Counted from the first letter of the stretch, positions 20,216-31,344 are shown. The stretch: 64,000 bases of DNA from Candidatus Nomurabacteria bacterium (GCA_023267195.1 JAHFNT010000002.1:87830-151829), one strand, 5' to 3'. The notes: generated by a model from the sequence alone, not told the origin. Numbers and translations are program-made.

Positions 20216-20289
20216 ATCAAAATAAGTTACTTTTTTGAATGGTCTGGGGATTTTTTCCAAGGACCTGAGAAAAAGTAATTTATTTTGAT
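20216..20289. repeat. Family E element, intergenic copy upstream of mnmA
   Basis: 21-bp arms 20216-20236 and 20269-20289 with 2 G-T wobbles; same 32-nt core. Confidence 0.85.
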
Positions 20290-20290
20290 A

Positions 20291-20818
20291 CTACAATTCC
20301 ATCAACTTTTTGTAAAGCTCATAAGTCGCGCGGGCATCCGGCAAAGCAGTGTGCGCACGCTCATTTTTTATACCAAAATAAAGACACATCTCATGCAAGG
20401 AAAAATGCTCAAGATTAGGCTCTTTATGCATTTTAGCCCAAGCGATAGATACTGTATCAAGTTTGTGGTAATGCATAGAATTCTTTATTTGTATTTTACT
20501 GAAAGCATATTCCAAAAACCCCGCATCGAAGGCAACGTTGTGCCCCACCATAATACAACCTTCCACTTTTTCTACAAATATTTTTAGTGCCTTTTCCAGG
20601 CTGTAAGCCTTTTCCCAATTTAAGGGATCATAGTGATTTATTTTTAGAGCCACCGGGTCGGCATCTTCTATGTGCTCGGGTTTTATTTTTAATTCAAATT
20701 CTTCAATCAGTTCAAGCTCCGAAGTAGTCAGCACACAACCAATTTCAATAATCTCATTTTTTAGCAAATTGAGACCGGTAGTTTCTATGTCCACAAAAGC
20801 AAAATTGTGTTTACGCAT
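20291..20818 (-). CDS. DEDDh 3'-5' exonuclease (DnaQ-like)
   Basis: DIETTG, GHNVAFD, HTALPDA. Confidence 0.92.
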   Translation of the reverse strand: MRKHNFAFVDIETTGLNLLKNEIIEIGCVLTTSELELIEEFELKIKPEHIEDADPVALKINHYDPLNWEKAYSLEKALKIFVEKVEGCIMVGHNVAFDAGFLEYAFSKIQIKNSMHYHKLDTVSIAWAKMHKEPNLEHFSLHEMCLYFGIKNERAHTALPDARATYELYKKLMEL

Positions 20819-20819
20819 C

Positions 20820-21713
20820 TTATTTTAAATATTTTACTATATTTTTAGAATGTTCGGCAAAATTTTTGGCATAATGAATATTTCCGTTTTTATCGTGCAA
20901 ATAATATAGATAGGGAGAACTTTGCGGATTGATAGAAGCGATGATAGCCGGAAGCCCAGGATTCGCAATCGGGACGACTGGCAACCCTTTGGTCTTGTAA
21001 GTATCAGGTGCAGCGTCCACTTGAAGCGGCATACTTATTTTAATTCTTTTCCATAAAATTCCAGAGATAATACCCCTATCCACGTCCCCTTTGGCTTCAC
21101 GTTCAATAATTGAAGCCATAATAATGATATCTTCCTTACTTTTGCCTGATCTATCGATGGCAGGTAGAAGAGGCGCAATTCTTTTATTAAAATTATCACC
21201 CAGAGAATTGATCACTTCTTTTTCAGTATCATCAGTTAAGAAAAAATAGGTATCTGGAAAGAGGTATCCCTCCATTTTTTTTGCTTGCGACAAAAATTGA
21301 TCTTGATTAAAATTTTTCAACTTTAGAGCAAAGGTTTCTGCAATTTGCTCTAGATCAAAACCTTCAGGAATCGTGACTGAGATTGGCGCCATGTTGTGCT
21401 CACCCTTTGATATTCTGCGCGCAATTTCAAAAACCGGCAATTTATCTTCAAAGTAGTAATCAGTGGAAATGACATTTTTTTCGCCTCCAAAAATTACTAC
21501 GAAGGTTTCAAACAAAACATGCGAGCGTATAAAATTCTGACTTTTTAGTTGGAGAGACGTACTGCGCAAACTGGATCCTTTTTCTACTCGAAACACAGAA
21601 TTTACCGGGAAATTACCCGGCGCGCTTAAAAATATAAAATAAAAGAGAACACAAAATACAAACGCGCTAAACGCATAAAATAAAACTTTATTAGCCAAAA
21701 TAAAATTTCGCAT
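20820..21713 (-). CDS. mltG: Endolytic transglycosylase MltG
   Basis: TIPEG, EGYLFPDTY, ASIIERE, LQVDA, PIANPG. Confidence 0.93.
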   Translation of the reverse strand: MRNFILANKVLFYAFSAFVFCVLFYFIFLSAPGNFPVNSVFRVEKGSSLRSTSLQLKSQNFIRSHVLFETFVVIFGGEKNVISTDYYFEDKLPVFEIARRISKGEHNMAPISVTIPEGFDLEQIAETFALKLKNFNQDQFLSQAKKMEGYLFPDTYFFLTDDTEKEVINSLGDNFNKRIAPLLPAIDRSGKSKEDIIIMASIIEREAKGDVDRGIISGILWKRIKISMPLQVDAAPDTYKTKGLPVVPIANPGLPAIIASINPQSSPYLYYLHDKNGNIHYAKNFAEHSKNIVKYLK

Positions 21714-21716
21714 AAA

Positions 21717-23135
21717 TTATATGGGCAAATTTGTCGGCGGAGCGGCCTCTTTTGATTCAATGCGTTCAAGGGTTGGAACTTTCAAGATCTGGCCTGGGAA
21801 ATGCCACAAGGTCGCGAGTTCTTCGACGTTTAAGACAAAAGTGTAATGATGAAAATAAGCTTTAATCAGAGCATCCAGAGAAATAACTCCGGAAATAGGC
21901 CAGTCCCAATGATGTTGAGAAAAAATATGATGACGGAGAGGCAGATGGAAAAATGCCCGTTCTCGGTATTCATTCAGCATTCTGTTAGCCAACATCATAA
22001 CAGTTTTTTGGGAAGCAATAAAATATCCACCATATGCATCCCCTTGGGCTGAGTTGCAACGCACCAGGCCATTTGAGTCAGGTGATGCATATTGGCGAAA
22101 AACTAGGCGTAGATTTCTCCTATTACTCATATCATATACTTCCTTTTTGGCAATATAACAAACTCGAATACCAGTATCAAAACCAATTTTACCGGTTTTC
22201 GCGCTCATCGCTTTGGTAACTCTATCTAGAAATGCCGGAACGCGGATTTCAATTCTAGCTACTTTAATAACTGCCGCGCCCTCCTGTTCCTTTCTTTGAG
22301 AAGTATAGGGGGAAAGCAATCTTAACAATTCTTCCCTTGCTTCCTCTACCCAGTCATGTGTACCAAACCAAGTACCATGAGTTTTATATTCTTTCTTGGA
22401 TGGAGTAATCACGATCTGCATCCACATCTGTTCTCCTTTTTTTAGAGAACCGAAAAGTTCTATAACGGGAGAAATAGGGTCAACTTTAAATTCTTCCTTT
22501 GGATCTTTGTCGAGCCCATAATCAACATAAGTCTTGAGTGGATAAGCTTCTGGTTTTAATAATTTAAACTCGCAACCCCAGCCATTCCAAGCGCTTTTGG
22601 GAGAAATTTCATCAACCGCTAAAGTATAATCCTCTACTTCTTTGACCTGTGCCTGAGGATATTGCGCATACATTTGCGTCTCTATTAGGCCCCGTACGCG
22701 AGTAGGCGTCCGAATGTAAAAATGCACTTGCCCGTCAATCGAAGCAATTTCCAGGGAAAACCAAAACCAAACTGCTCCCTGCCACCACTCTTCGGCTCCT
22801 CCCTTCAAACTCCAGTGGTATAGAGCATTAGTAAAGAAAAGCTCCATGGCTTTCGGACTCCGCAAGACTTCACGCGGAGGAATTATTTCTAACAAAACAA
22901 AATCTATACCCGAAATAAAATCCTGCTGAATATAATGAAGCCATAACTTCCAAGCAATTCGACCAAGTACTACAACCCCAATGATAGACAAGGCGAGCCG
23001 AATTAAACCATATTGTAAATTATATTTAACAAGAAAATACCCGATTACAATAACCAGGATAGCAATCCAATGTTCCTTTAAAGTTTCTTCAATAGAATCT
23101 AAAATTCCTCCGGAGCCATGTTGTTCATCAGCCAT
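21717..23135 (-). CDS. Conserved membrane protein resembling the N-terminal domain of CPR T4SS-like ATPases
   Basis: Two TMs, LLEIIPP...AME, FSLEIAS, YAQYP, LNVEELATLWHFP, APPTNLP. Confidence 0.55.
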   Translation of the reverse strand: MADEQHGSGGILDSIEETLKEHWIAILVIVIGYFLVKYNLQYGLIRLALSIIGVVVLGRIAWKLWLHYIQQDFISGIDFVLLEIIPPREVLRSPKAMELFFTNALYHWSLKGGAEEWWQGAVWFWFSLEIASIDGQVHFYIRTPTRVRGLIETQMYAQYPQAQVKEVEDYTLAVDEISPKSAWNGWGCEFKLLKPEAYPLKTYVDYGLDKDPKEEFKVDPISPVIELFGSLKKGEQMWMQIVITPSKKEYKTHGTWFGTHDWVEEAREELLRLLSPYTSQRKEQEGAAVIKVARIEIRVPAFLDRVTKAMSAKTGKIGFDTGIRVCYIAKKEVYDMSNRRNLRLVFRQYASPDSNGLVRCNSAQGDAYGGYFIASQKTVMMLANRMLNEYRERAFFHLPLRHHIFSQHHWDWPISGVISLDALIKAYFHHYTFVLNVEELATLWHFPGQILKVPTLERIESKEAAPPTNLPI

Positions 23136-23170
23136 TCTTCTATTTTAGTATACAAACGAGAAAAAACAAA

Positions 23171-23214
23171 ACCCCACCCTTCGCCCTCCCCTGACAGGGG
23201 AGGGTTGGGAGAGG
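23171..23214. repeat. Family A palindromic element, intergenic (may double as terminator)
   Basis: accccacccttcgccctcccctgacaggggagggttgggagagg. Confidence 0.75.
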
Positions 23215-24246
23215 TTAGGCAATAGTATAAAGCCCGCTTTTGTTCTTTTTGAAATATTTTGAATTGGCGAGATTTACTAAGATAGTGTTCTTTTTGAAAT
23301 ATCTTTCTTTCATTACTCTTTTGACAATTTCCTCTTTGGACAAAGCGCCTCCCTCTCTTTTCAAAATATCTTCTATAACTTCTCGTGCAATGCCAGCTTT
23401 ATATCCCCATTCAGCTAGTGCATACATTCCTCTGCCAACCAAGATAAAACGCGAATCTTTGATAAGTTCATTATGACAAGTGGCATAGTGTGTTTTTTTG
23501 CCAAAGGTTTTTGAAATTGCGTCTGCCACTTCTCTAAAATGCATAGGTGAACCATGGCGTCTCATTACCAAAAAGGCATAATCTTTAACTCCGCGAGTGC
23601 GAATATTCGGAGAAGTAGCTTTACCCCATTCACCCAAACCGTTTTTGGCTACGGATTTAGACATGGAGAGCCATCTCTTAGCCATCTCTTCGTCCCTATA
23701 TTCCACAGCTATATCTTTCATTTGATCAAAAAACTTTTTAATCATCTCAGTTTCCGGAATAAGATCTTCGTCTTTGAGAGAAGCGAAAAGTTTACGCAAG
23801 GCATCATGAACCTTTTCTGCCATTCCATCATCGACACTCCAACGTACATGAAAATGCTCATCCTCACGATGCTTTTTAAAAATATCTGAGAGTACTAAAA
23901 AGAAATGAATATGATTCTGGGTTGCTTTGTCTTTTGCAATATAAGGAAGAAGCTCATGTTCAGCAACAACAGAACCTAATTTGTACATTAATTGTTTTAA
24001 TTCGTCAAAAACAGCCTGCTCAGTTTTATAAACACTAGATTTCTTAATGAGTTTTAATGCTGCATCTTCAATCTGTCTTACACGCTCTCGGGTAATGTTA
24101 TATTTCTTGCCGATTTCTTCAAGAGTTTTTCTTTTGCCATCAGCAGTTAAACCAAAACGGTTCATGATCACATCCAGAGCTCGATTCTGCAGATGCGAAG
24201 TAATTTTTTTGGTAATTTTTTTGGGTTTAAAAGATATCGCCGGCAT
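23215..24246 (-). CDS. Sigma-70 region-4 HTH protein with C-terminal winged-helix (HARE-HTH/RpoE-delta-like) domains
   Basis: RFGL...TLEEIGKKYNITRERVRQIE; PMHFREV, HNELIKDSRFILVGRGMYAL. Confidence 0.75.
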   Translation of the reverse strand: MPAISFKPKKITKKITSHLQNRALDVIMNRFGLTADGKRKTLEEIGKKYNITRERVRQIEDAALKLIKKSSVYKTEQAVFDELKQLMYKLGSVVAEHELLPYIAKDKATQNHIHFFLVLSDIFKKHREDEHFHVRWSVDDGMAEKVHDALRKLFASLKDEDLIPETEMIKKFFDQMKDIAVEYRDEEMAKRWLSMSKSVAKNGLGEWGKATSPNIRTRGVKDYAFLVMRRHGSPMHFREVADAISKTFGKKTHYATCHNELIKDSRFILVGRGMYALAEWGYKAGIAREVIEDILKREGGALSKEEIVKRVMKERYFKKNTILVNLANSKYFKKNKSGLYTIA

Positions 24247-24302
24247 ATTTATATTATATCATTAAAATTATTTTTTGTTTAATACTATGACTGTTGTTTA
24301 CT

Positions 24303-26123
24303 TTATTCTCTCTTTGCTTTAACCCGGTCGATTTCGGTCAGATATTTCTTACGCAGACGAACTGATTTCGGGGTAATTTCTAGGTATTCATCATGATTCA
24401 TAACCTCAAGCCCCCGTTCAATATTTAAAACAAAGACTGGATTTAAGGTTATAGCCTCGTCTGTACCAGATGCTCGCATATTGGTAAGCTGTTTCCCTTT
24501 GGTAGGATTCACAGACATATCGTCTCCCTTCAAAACATTACCAACGACCATTCCCTCATACACTTCCGTTCCATGGCCTATATATAGTATACCACGTTCT
24601 TGTAAATTTGCAAGAGAAAACGCTACTGCCTTGCCAGAAACCATGGAAGTCATTGAACCATACTCTCTTTTTCTTATATCTCCGGCATATTCTCTAAAAC
24701 CCGTAACTCGTGAACTCATTATTCCTTCCCCTTTTGTATCTATAATAAATTCACTGCGGTATCCCAAAAGCCCGCGAGTAGGTATATCAAAAATGACCCT
24801 TGCAATACCATGTTTTTCTACCATATCTTTCATAATCCCTCTTCTTTTGCCTATCTTTTCAATAACTTGACCAGAAGCTTCCATTGGCACGTCTATCACC
24901 AGCTCTTCATATGGTTCACTTCGTTCACCATGATTTTCTTTGAAAATCACTTCTGGTTGAGAAACTTGCATTTCAAAACCCTCTCGACGCATATTTTCGA
25001 GCAATATAGCTATATGAAGTTCACCACGACCGTACACCTTAAAAAAAGACGGACCCATTTTGTTTACACCCTGATCAGGGGAAAAATCCACCCGAAGCCC
25101 CACATTAATTTCCAGCTCTTTTTCCAACCGCTCTTTTATCTGCCTAGAAGTAACAAATTTTCCATCACGCCCAGCAAACGGCGAATCATTCACTAAAAAG
25201 TTAAGCGACAAGGTGGGTTCATCTATCTCAATATGAGGGAGCGCTTCCACACTCTCATCTTCACAGATCGTCTCCCCTATGTAGATATCTGGAATACCCG
25301 CCAAGAGCACAATATCGCCAGAGATCGCATTTTCAATCTCCTTTCTGTTTATCCCTTCAAAAGAAAACAATTTTGTTATCTTGCCCTTGCGCACTCCATG
25401 TTGTCCATCAACATTGCCCTTTATAAAAATTTGGCTCCCAGATAAAATTTTCCCAGAATAAATACGCGCCACGGCCAACCTGCCCAAAAAGTTGTCATAT
25501 CCTAGATTAAAAACTTGCGCAGACATTTTTTTGTCGGTAGCTCCAACAGAGGCGGGCGAAACTTTTTCTAAAATCAAGTCTAGGAGCGGATTTAAATTAT
25601 CTGATTTATCACCAAGGTTCCTAAAAGCTACACCCTCCCGTCCAATGGCATAAATGGTTTCAAAATTTGCCTGTTCCTCACTGGCACCCAATTCAAAAAA
25701 TAATTCTAAAATTTCTTCGTGCACGCGATGTGCATCAGCAGCTGGTTTATCAATTTTATTAATTACCACAATGGGCTTTAGTCCAAGTTCTAGAGATTTT
25801 TTTAAGACGAATCTTGTCTGCGGCATTGGACCTTCTGCTGCATCTACTAGTAAAAGAACTGAATCAATTGCTCGCAACACACGCTCTACTTCCGAACCAA
25901 AATCCGCGTGACCGGGAGTATCTACTATATTGATCTTGGTATTTTTATAGTAAATAGAAGTATTTTTAGAATAAATAGTAATTCCACGCTCTTTTTCTAG
26001 GTCGTTTGAATCCATTGATACGCCTTCATCTTGCAAGGCTCCATTTTGCCTCATTAATGCATCGGTCAAGGTCGTCTTACCGTGATCCACATGAGCTATG
26101 ATTGCTATATTTCTTATTTCCAT
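24303..26123 (-). CDS. typA: GTPase TypA/BipA
   Basis: AHVDHGKTT, DTPGHADF, GRGELH, KQLTNMRASG. Confidence 0.98.
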   Translation of the reverse strand: MEIRNIAIIAHVDHGKTTLTDALMRQNGALQDEGVSMDSNDLEKERGITIYSKNTSIYYKNTKINIVDTPGHADFGSEVERVLRAIDSVLLLVDAAEGPMPQTRFVLKKSLELGLKPIVVINKIDKPAADAHRVHEEILELFFELGASEEQANFETIYAIGREGVAFRNLGDKSDNLNPLLDLILEKVSPASVGATDKKMSAQVFNLGYDNFLGRLAVARIYSGKILSGSQIFIKGNVDGQHGVRKGKITKLFSFEGINRKEIENAISGDIVLLAGIPDIYIGETICEDESVEALPHIEIDEPTLSLNFLVNDSPFAGRDGKFVTSRQIKERLEKELEINVGLRVDFSPDQGVNKMGPSFFKVYGRGELHIAILLENMRREGFEMQVSQPEVIFKENHGERSEPYEELVIDVPMEASGQVIEKIGKRRGIMKDMVEKHGIARVIFDIPTRGLLGYRSEFIIDTKGEGIMSSRVTGFREYAGDIRKREYGSMTSMVSGKAVAFSLANLQERGILYIGHGTEVYEGMVVGNVLKGDDMSVNPTKGKQLTNMRASGTDEAITLNPVFVLNIERGLEVMNHDEYLEITPKSVRLRKKYLTEIDRVKAKRE

Positions 26124-26194
26124 ATAAATGGTCAAACAAAAAAGCCCTAAGGCCTTTTTGTAATTACTCTCATAATAACATAGCTCTGCGAAAA

Positions 26195-26623
26195 CTACAA
26201 ATTTTTCTTGTTGCTGATTATTTTTACAATTTTTGCCACTAGAGTATTTGTTGTCTTCTCTAAATCTCCGTTCACTATTACCTTGGCCCCCACCGCTAGA
26301 TCAGAGGCGGCCGTCTCTAGGCCATTTTTTTTGTATTTTGTATCAACATCTGTTTTCACATCGATAGAAGATACAGCTTTCGTCCGCAGATTTTTTACTT
26401 CCAGTGTAAAACCAGTGCCATTTACAGCCAAAACAGTTCCAACTACATTACTTCTAGTTTTATTTCTAATTTTTGAATTCTTATCGCTCTTATTTTGTCT
26501 TTGGTAAGTTTGCTGGGTATTTTTAATTCCTAAATCCTGCGGTGTGGCAGCAAAGACAGTTGAACCTGAGACTAACAACGATATGGCAAGCGCACCTGTG
26601 GCAATTTGTTTTTTATATTTCAT
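26195..26623 (-). CDS. Exported small OB-fold protein (DUF5666-like)
   Basis: Signal peptide ending VFAA; GTV...DLAVGAKVIVNG...AKIV. Confidence 0.55.
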   Translation of the reverse strand: MKYKKQIATGALAISLLVSGSTVFAATPQDLGIKNTQQTYQRQNKSDKNSKIRNKTRSNVVGTVLAVNGTGFTLEVKNLRTKAVSSIDVKTDVDTKYKKNGLETAASDLAVGAKVIVNGDLEKTTNTLVAKIVKIISNKKNL

Positions 26624-26741
26624 GTCAATAATTTTGATTATTTTAATAAATTTATTAATTTTTCTGCATATTATTAATGATAAAGTTACCTAAAAACGAC
26701 TCTTTTAAGTAACACTCACATTTTAGAAAGATACTATGAAG

Positions 26742-27773
26742 TTATTGTGAAGGGATGGGTAAAGCAATAATCACTTGTGTGCCTTTTTTCGCTTGGCTTT
26801 TTATAGATATTGTTCCCTTATGGTTCTCAATAATTTGTTTTGACAAGGTAAGACCAAGTCCAGCTCCCTCCGTACTATGCGACACATTAGCTCTAAAAAA
26901 TGGATCAAAAACCTTGTCAATAACCCCCTCCGGAATCCCTACGCCAGTATCGCTTATGGTTACGACATATTTGCCGGAAATAATTTTATCTTCAAGTGTT
27001 ATTATTCCACTGGGTGGTGTGTATTTAATAGCATTATCTAAAATATTAAAGAATACACGCTCAAGTTCAATCTTATTGCCAATCACTTTCGGCTTATTAG
27101 CTAATCTATTTTCAATATTAATATTTTTTACATTCGCCAAACTTTTATTTTTTTCTACCACAGAATTTATAGTTTCGTTTATGTCAACTTTTTCCTGCTT
27201 TACTTTTATCGGCGCATTATATGTGGATATGTCAAGTAAGCTCTTGCTTAATTTTGAAAATTCTCTCATTTCTTCTAGGGTGTTTCCGAGAGCTTGCTTC
27301 GCCCCCGAGAGATCTAAATTTTTATTATTTAGACTTACTTCGAGACCGGATATAACCACTGAGATGGGGGTACGGAGTTCGTGAGACGCATCAGCAATAA
27401 ATCTTTTTTGCCTTTGCATATTAGATTCAATTGGTTCCAAAGTTTTATGGGTAAGCAAAAACCCAAAGACAATAACAAAAAGTATTATAATGGAATCTAT
27501 GGTTATAAAACGGTTGAGCAGTATATCCCGAGCTTTGTCTATAATAGATTCCGCAACTCTCGGATCTAAAAAAAATATATTTTCTGAAATTGACTGAGCA
27601 AGATTTGAAAGAATTGTGTTGTAAAGCACAATACTTGAACCACCCAAAATCACCATTGCGGTAATGGAATAATAAAAAGTGAGCTTAAGCCGAGCAATAA
27701 AAAAGTCGTCGGGTTTATTATTTGTTTTCCATTCGGTAACCAACCCCTCTAATTGTTTGAATAATTTTTCCAT
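26742..27773 (-). CDS. Sensor histidine kinase
   Basis: Two TMs, ASHELRTP, NILDNAIKY, DTGVGI, GLGL. Confidence 0.95.
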   Translation of the reverse strand: MEKLFKQLEGLVTEWKTNNKPDDFFIARLKLTFYYSITAMVILGGSSIVLYNTILSNLAQSISENIFFLDPRVAESIIDKARDILLNRFITIDSIIILFVIVFGFLLTHKTLEPIESNMQRQKRFIADASHELRTPISVVISGLEVSLNNKNLDLSGAKQALGNTLEEMREFSKLSKSLLDISTYNAPIKVKQEKVDINETINSVVEKNKSLANVKNINIENRLANKPKVIGNKIELERVFFNILDNAIKYTPPSGIITLEDKIISGKYVVTISDTGVGIPEGVIDKVFDPFFRANVSHSTEGAGLGLTLSKQIIENHKGTISIKSQAKKGTQVIIALPIPSQ

Positions 27774-28389
27774 TATCGTGAATTTTTTTTCTCAAGTTTT
27801 TTATATGCACATCGACAGTATTGCTAAAAGATGAATCCGCAAAATCCCAAGCGTGTGAATATAAATCATCTCGCGTAACAACTTTATTGATATTACGCAT
27901 CAAATATTCAAGAACCATGAATTCCTTGAGAGTCAGAGAAATAGGCTTGTTTTTATAATTTACGATGCGGCTTGTTGTGTTAATGCTTATATCTTTGTAA
28001 TTAATTATGTCCGGAAATGACTGAGGTGGACGACGCAAGAGTGCGTGAATACGTGCGAGAAGTTCTTTAAAAGCAAAAGGCTTCGCTAGATAATCATCCG
28101 CGCCAGCATCGAGACCTGCAACCTTATCGTCTGTGGTATCAAGCGCAGTAAGCATCAGTACTGGAGTCACTACATTATTTTCACGCCAGTTGCTGCAGAC
28201 AGAAACACCATCTTTTCCAGGGAGCATTCTATCTAAAACAACCAAGTCATACTCGCCGCGATTGATCAGTATTCGGCGTTCTGCCACCAATCCATCTTCC
28301 ACAATATCAACGGCGTAACCTTCCTGGGATAAGCCCTGCTTTATATTTTCCGCCAATTTTCTATTATCTTCCACAACCAAAATCTTCAT
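27718..28389 (-). CDS. OmpR-family response regulator
   Basis: VVED, LDRMLP, DYLAKPF, VDVHIKNLRKK, TIRGVGY. Confidence 0.96.
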   Translation of the reverse strand: MKILVVEDNRKLAENIKQGLSQEGYAVDIVEDGLVAERRILINRGEYDLVVLDRMLPGKDGVSVCSNWRENNVVTPVLMLTALDTTDDKVAGLDAGADDYLAKPFAFKELLARIHALLRRPPQSFPDIINYKDISINTTSRIVNYKNKPISLTLKEFMVLEYLMRNINKVVTRDDLYSHAWDFADSSFSNTVDVHIKNLRKKIHDNGKIIQTIRGVGYRMENK

Positions 28390-28467
28390 ACCTATATGAT
28401 AACACCAAGAAGTGAAATCCGGATGAAGGGATGCAAAAGATAGTGTTTTGTGCTATTTTATATAGGC

Positions 28468-28553
28468 GCGTCGGTGGTAGAGTGGTCAATTACAACAGAC
28501 TGTAAATCTGTCGCCTTCGGGCTACGAAGGTTCGAATCCTTCCCGACGCACCA
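28468..28553 (+). tRNA. tRNA-Tyr (GTA)
   Basis: Acceptor gcgtcgg/ccgacgc, anticodon arm acaga-ctGTAaa-tctgt, long variable arm, encoded CCA. Confidence 0.97.
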
Positions 28554-28641
28554 TGAAAAGTTTGCTTTATACGATAGGAATAGTCCTACTAATTGCGATC
28601 GTAATTTTTGCGATTCTTGGTTTTGCTTTGTCGAATATGTT

Positions 28642-31344
28642 TTAAACCGACGAGCGAGATCGAACATGAATAGAACTTTTAATTCTATTCTTTTTAGTTT
28701 CAATAAAAAGATCATTTCCTTTCACAGACACATGTACTGTGTCCCCTTTTTTGACACCATTGGAGATTATATATGAAGCAACAGGATTCAAAATTTTATT
28801 TTGAATGAGACGATTTAGAGGTCTCGCGCCAAAATGCGGATCATAACCAGTTTTTGCCAAATACAAAAGTGCTTCAGAAGAAATTTCAAAATTTATTCCT
28901 TTGCCAGCCAAGCGATCAGCCACAACTTTTATTCTCAAATTAACTATTTCTTTCAGAGCAGCCTCCGACAGCACGTCAAAGACAATAATCTCATCAAGGC
29001 GATTCAAAAATTCCGGACGGAAATTGTCTTTCAGGGCATCCATAACCTTTTCTTTCATGTTGCTATAATCCACTTTAGCAGAATTATTCGAAAATCCAAT
29101 TGATTCCATTTTCTCCACAAATTGTGAACCGATGTTCGAAGTGAGAATGATAATAGTATTTTTGAAATTTACTACTCGTCCCTTGCCATCAGTCAAACGC
29201 CCTTCGTCAATAAGCTGCAGAAGCACATTGAAAACTTCTGGGTGAGCCTTTTCAATCTCGTCAAAAAGTATCACTGCATAGGGTCTGTGGCGAACAGCTT
29301 CTGTGAGTTGTCCGGCTTCATCATATCCCACATATCCTGGCGGCGAACCGATCAGTTTGGACATCGAATGTTTCTCCATATACTCGGACATATCTACGCG
29401 GATAATAGCGTTGTCGTCATTAAACATAAATTGGGAAAGTGCTTTGGTAAGTTCCGTTTTCCCCACCCCTGTCGGACCCAAAAAGATGAAAGAACCAATT
29501 GGCCTGTTTGGATCTCCAATACCGGCGCGAGAGCGACGAATGACATCAGACACTCGCTTGATTGCGACATCTTGTCCGACCACTCTTTTGCCTAATTCTG
29601 TTTCCATTTTTTCAAGTTTTTCCCGCTCTTCCTCAAGCATCTTAGTGAGCGGTATGCCGGTCCATCTTGCAACAACTTCTGCGATATCTTCCGCGGTAAT
29701 TTCCTCTTTTAAGATTCGGCGGGACTTTTGCAGCTTTTTCAATCGGGCAAGTTTTGTTTCTAAATCTTTCTTAAGAGCTGGTATTTTCCCATAACGTATC
29801 TCTGCTGCTCTGGATAAATCAGATCTCATTTCGGCATCCTCGGCCTCCAGGCGGATACTCTCCATTTCCTTTTTAATAGCACGAATCTCTGAAACAGTTT
29901 CTTTTTCGTTCTGCCATTTCAATTCGAGCTCTTTGGTTTTCTCCGATAAATTTCCTATCTCCTTGTCAATTTCTTTAATTCTGTTTTTTATTTCTTTTTC
30001 CTTTTGCTTATCTTCTTTTTGTTCTATAGAATTAGAGCTAATTTCTTTTTTCAATGCCTCTTTTTCAATTTCCAAACGCATTATTTTTCGGTGCGCATCT
30101 TCAAGAACAGGCGGTTTGTTCTCGAGCATTATCTTGAGAGAGGAAGAAGCTTCGTCGATCAAATCAACAGCCTTATCTGGCAAAAATCGATTGGTAATAT
30201 AACGGGAAGAAAAATTAACTGCAGCCACTATTGCGTCATCGGTAATTCTTATGCCATGAAAAAGCTCATATCTTTCTTTGAGTCCTCGCAAAATAGCAAT
30301 CGCGTCCTCGATGCTTGGCTCATCAATGTAAACCGGCTGGAAACGTCGAGCCAAAGCTGGGTCTTTTTCAATATGTTTTTGATATTCACGCAAAGTAGTT
30401 GCGCCAATTGCCCGAAGTTCCCCGCGCGAGAGTGCAGGTTTTAACATATTTGAAGCATCCATCGTACCTTCAGCACCACCAGCTCCGACAATGGTATGAA
30501 TTTCGTCAATGAAAAGAATTATTTTTGCATCTGATCTTTCTACTTCTTTCATAATACCCTTTAATCTTTCCTCAAACTCTCCGCGGTATTTTGTGCCAGC
30601 CACCAGAAGCCCCAGATCTAGTGAAACAAGCTCTTTATCTTTAAGCGACTCGGGAACATTATTTTTGGCGATCATTTGGGCTAGACCTTCTACTACGGCC
30701 GTCTTGCCTGTTCCAGCTTCGCCTATCAAGATAGGGTTATTCTTAGTTCGACGAGACAGTATTTGCATAATACGAGTTATTTCATTATCTCTCCCAATCA
30801 CTGGATCAAGCTTGTCTTCCTTTGCCAACTTGGTCAAATTGCGTGTATATTTCAAGAGCAATTTAAATTTCTTGGGCTCAGTTACATCAGTAATATTTTG
30901 GCTGCGAAGTTCTTCTAAAACTTTCATAACTTGATCTTTGTGAATTCTGAATCGCGCCAAAGTTTCGCGCGCTTCACTAGTAACTTCCAAAATTGCGATG
31001 AAAAGATGTTCAGTTGAAACAAAATCATCTTTCATGTATTCCGCCAATTTTGCCGATTGTTCGATAACTTGCGCTAAATCCGGATTGAGATAAATCTGAT
31101 AGGAAGGAGAAATCGTACTGCGTGATTCAGGCAATTCAATCATTTCTAAAACAGAATCGGTCAGAAGCATTGTATCAATTTCTAATTTATCTAAAATAGA
31201 ATTAACCATCGACTCCTCCTGGAGCAGAAGAGCCGCGAGTAGGTGCAGCGAAGAAACATGATTGACTCCGCGCTCAATAGCGAGCTCGTGGGCTTTTTTA
31301 ATTGCGTCCTTGGCTTTAGTTGTAAATTTATTTAATGGTGGCAT
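28642..31344 (-). CDS. clpB: AAA+ chaperone ClpB
   Basis: GEAGTGKT, long coiled-coil M domain, [24 protein letters not shown]. Confidence 0.93.
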   Translation of the reverse strand: MPPLNKFTTKAKDAIKKAHELAIERGVNHVSSLHLLAALLLQEESMVNSILDKLEIDTMLLTDSVLEMIELPESRSTISPSYQIYLNPDLAQVIEQSAKLAEYMKDDFVSTEHLFIAILEVTSEARETLARFRIHKDQVMKVLEELRSQNITDVTEPKKFKLLLKYTRNLTKLAKEDKLDPVIGRDNEITRIMQILSRRTKNNPILIGEAGTGKTAVVEGLAQMIAKNNVPESLKDKELVSLDLGLLVAGTKYRGEFEERLKGIMKEVERSDAKIILFIDEIHTIVGAGGAEGTMDASNMLKPALSRGELRAIGATTLREYQKHIEKDPALARRFQPVYIDEPSIEDAIAILRGLKERYELFHGIRITDDAIVAAVNFSSRYITNRFLPDKAVDLIDEASSSLKIMLENKPPVLEDAHRKIMRLEIEKEALKKEISSNSIEQKEDKQKEKEIKNRIKEIDKEIGNLSEKTKELELKWQNEKETVSEIRAIKKEMESIRLEAEDAEMRSDLSRAAEIRYGKIPALKKDLETKLARLKKLQKSRRILKEEITAEDIAEVVARWTGIPLTKMLEEEREKLEKMETELGKRVVGQDVAIKRVSDVIRRSRAGIGDPNRPIGSFIFLGPTGVGKTELTKALSQFMFNDDNAIIRVDMSEYMEKHSMSKLIGSPPGYVGYDEAGQLTEAVRHRPYAVILFDEIEKAHPEVFNVLLQLIDEGRLTDGKGRVVNFKNTIIILTSNIGSQFVEKMESIGFSNNSAKVDYSNMKEKVMDALKDNFRPEFLNRLDEIIVFDVLSEAALKEIVNLRIKVVADRLAGKGINFEISSEALLYLAKTGYDPHFGARPLNRLIQNKILNPVASYIISNGVKKGDTVHVSVKGNDLFIETKKNRIKSSIHVRSRSSV

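Noticed and set aside
25069-25080. 12-bp palindrome ccctgatcaggg in a slightly extended TypA loop
   Set aside because: Too short to distinguish from chance; could be a decayed family A remnant
26195-28553. Two-component module beside tRNA-Tyr as an integrated island
   Set aside because: It lies at the tRNA 5' side, with no integrase and no duplicated tRNA 3' end seen
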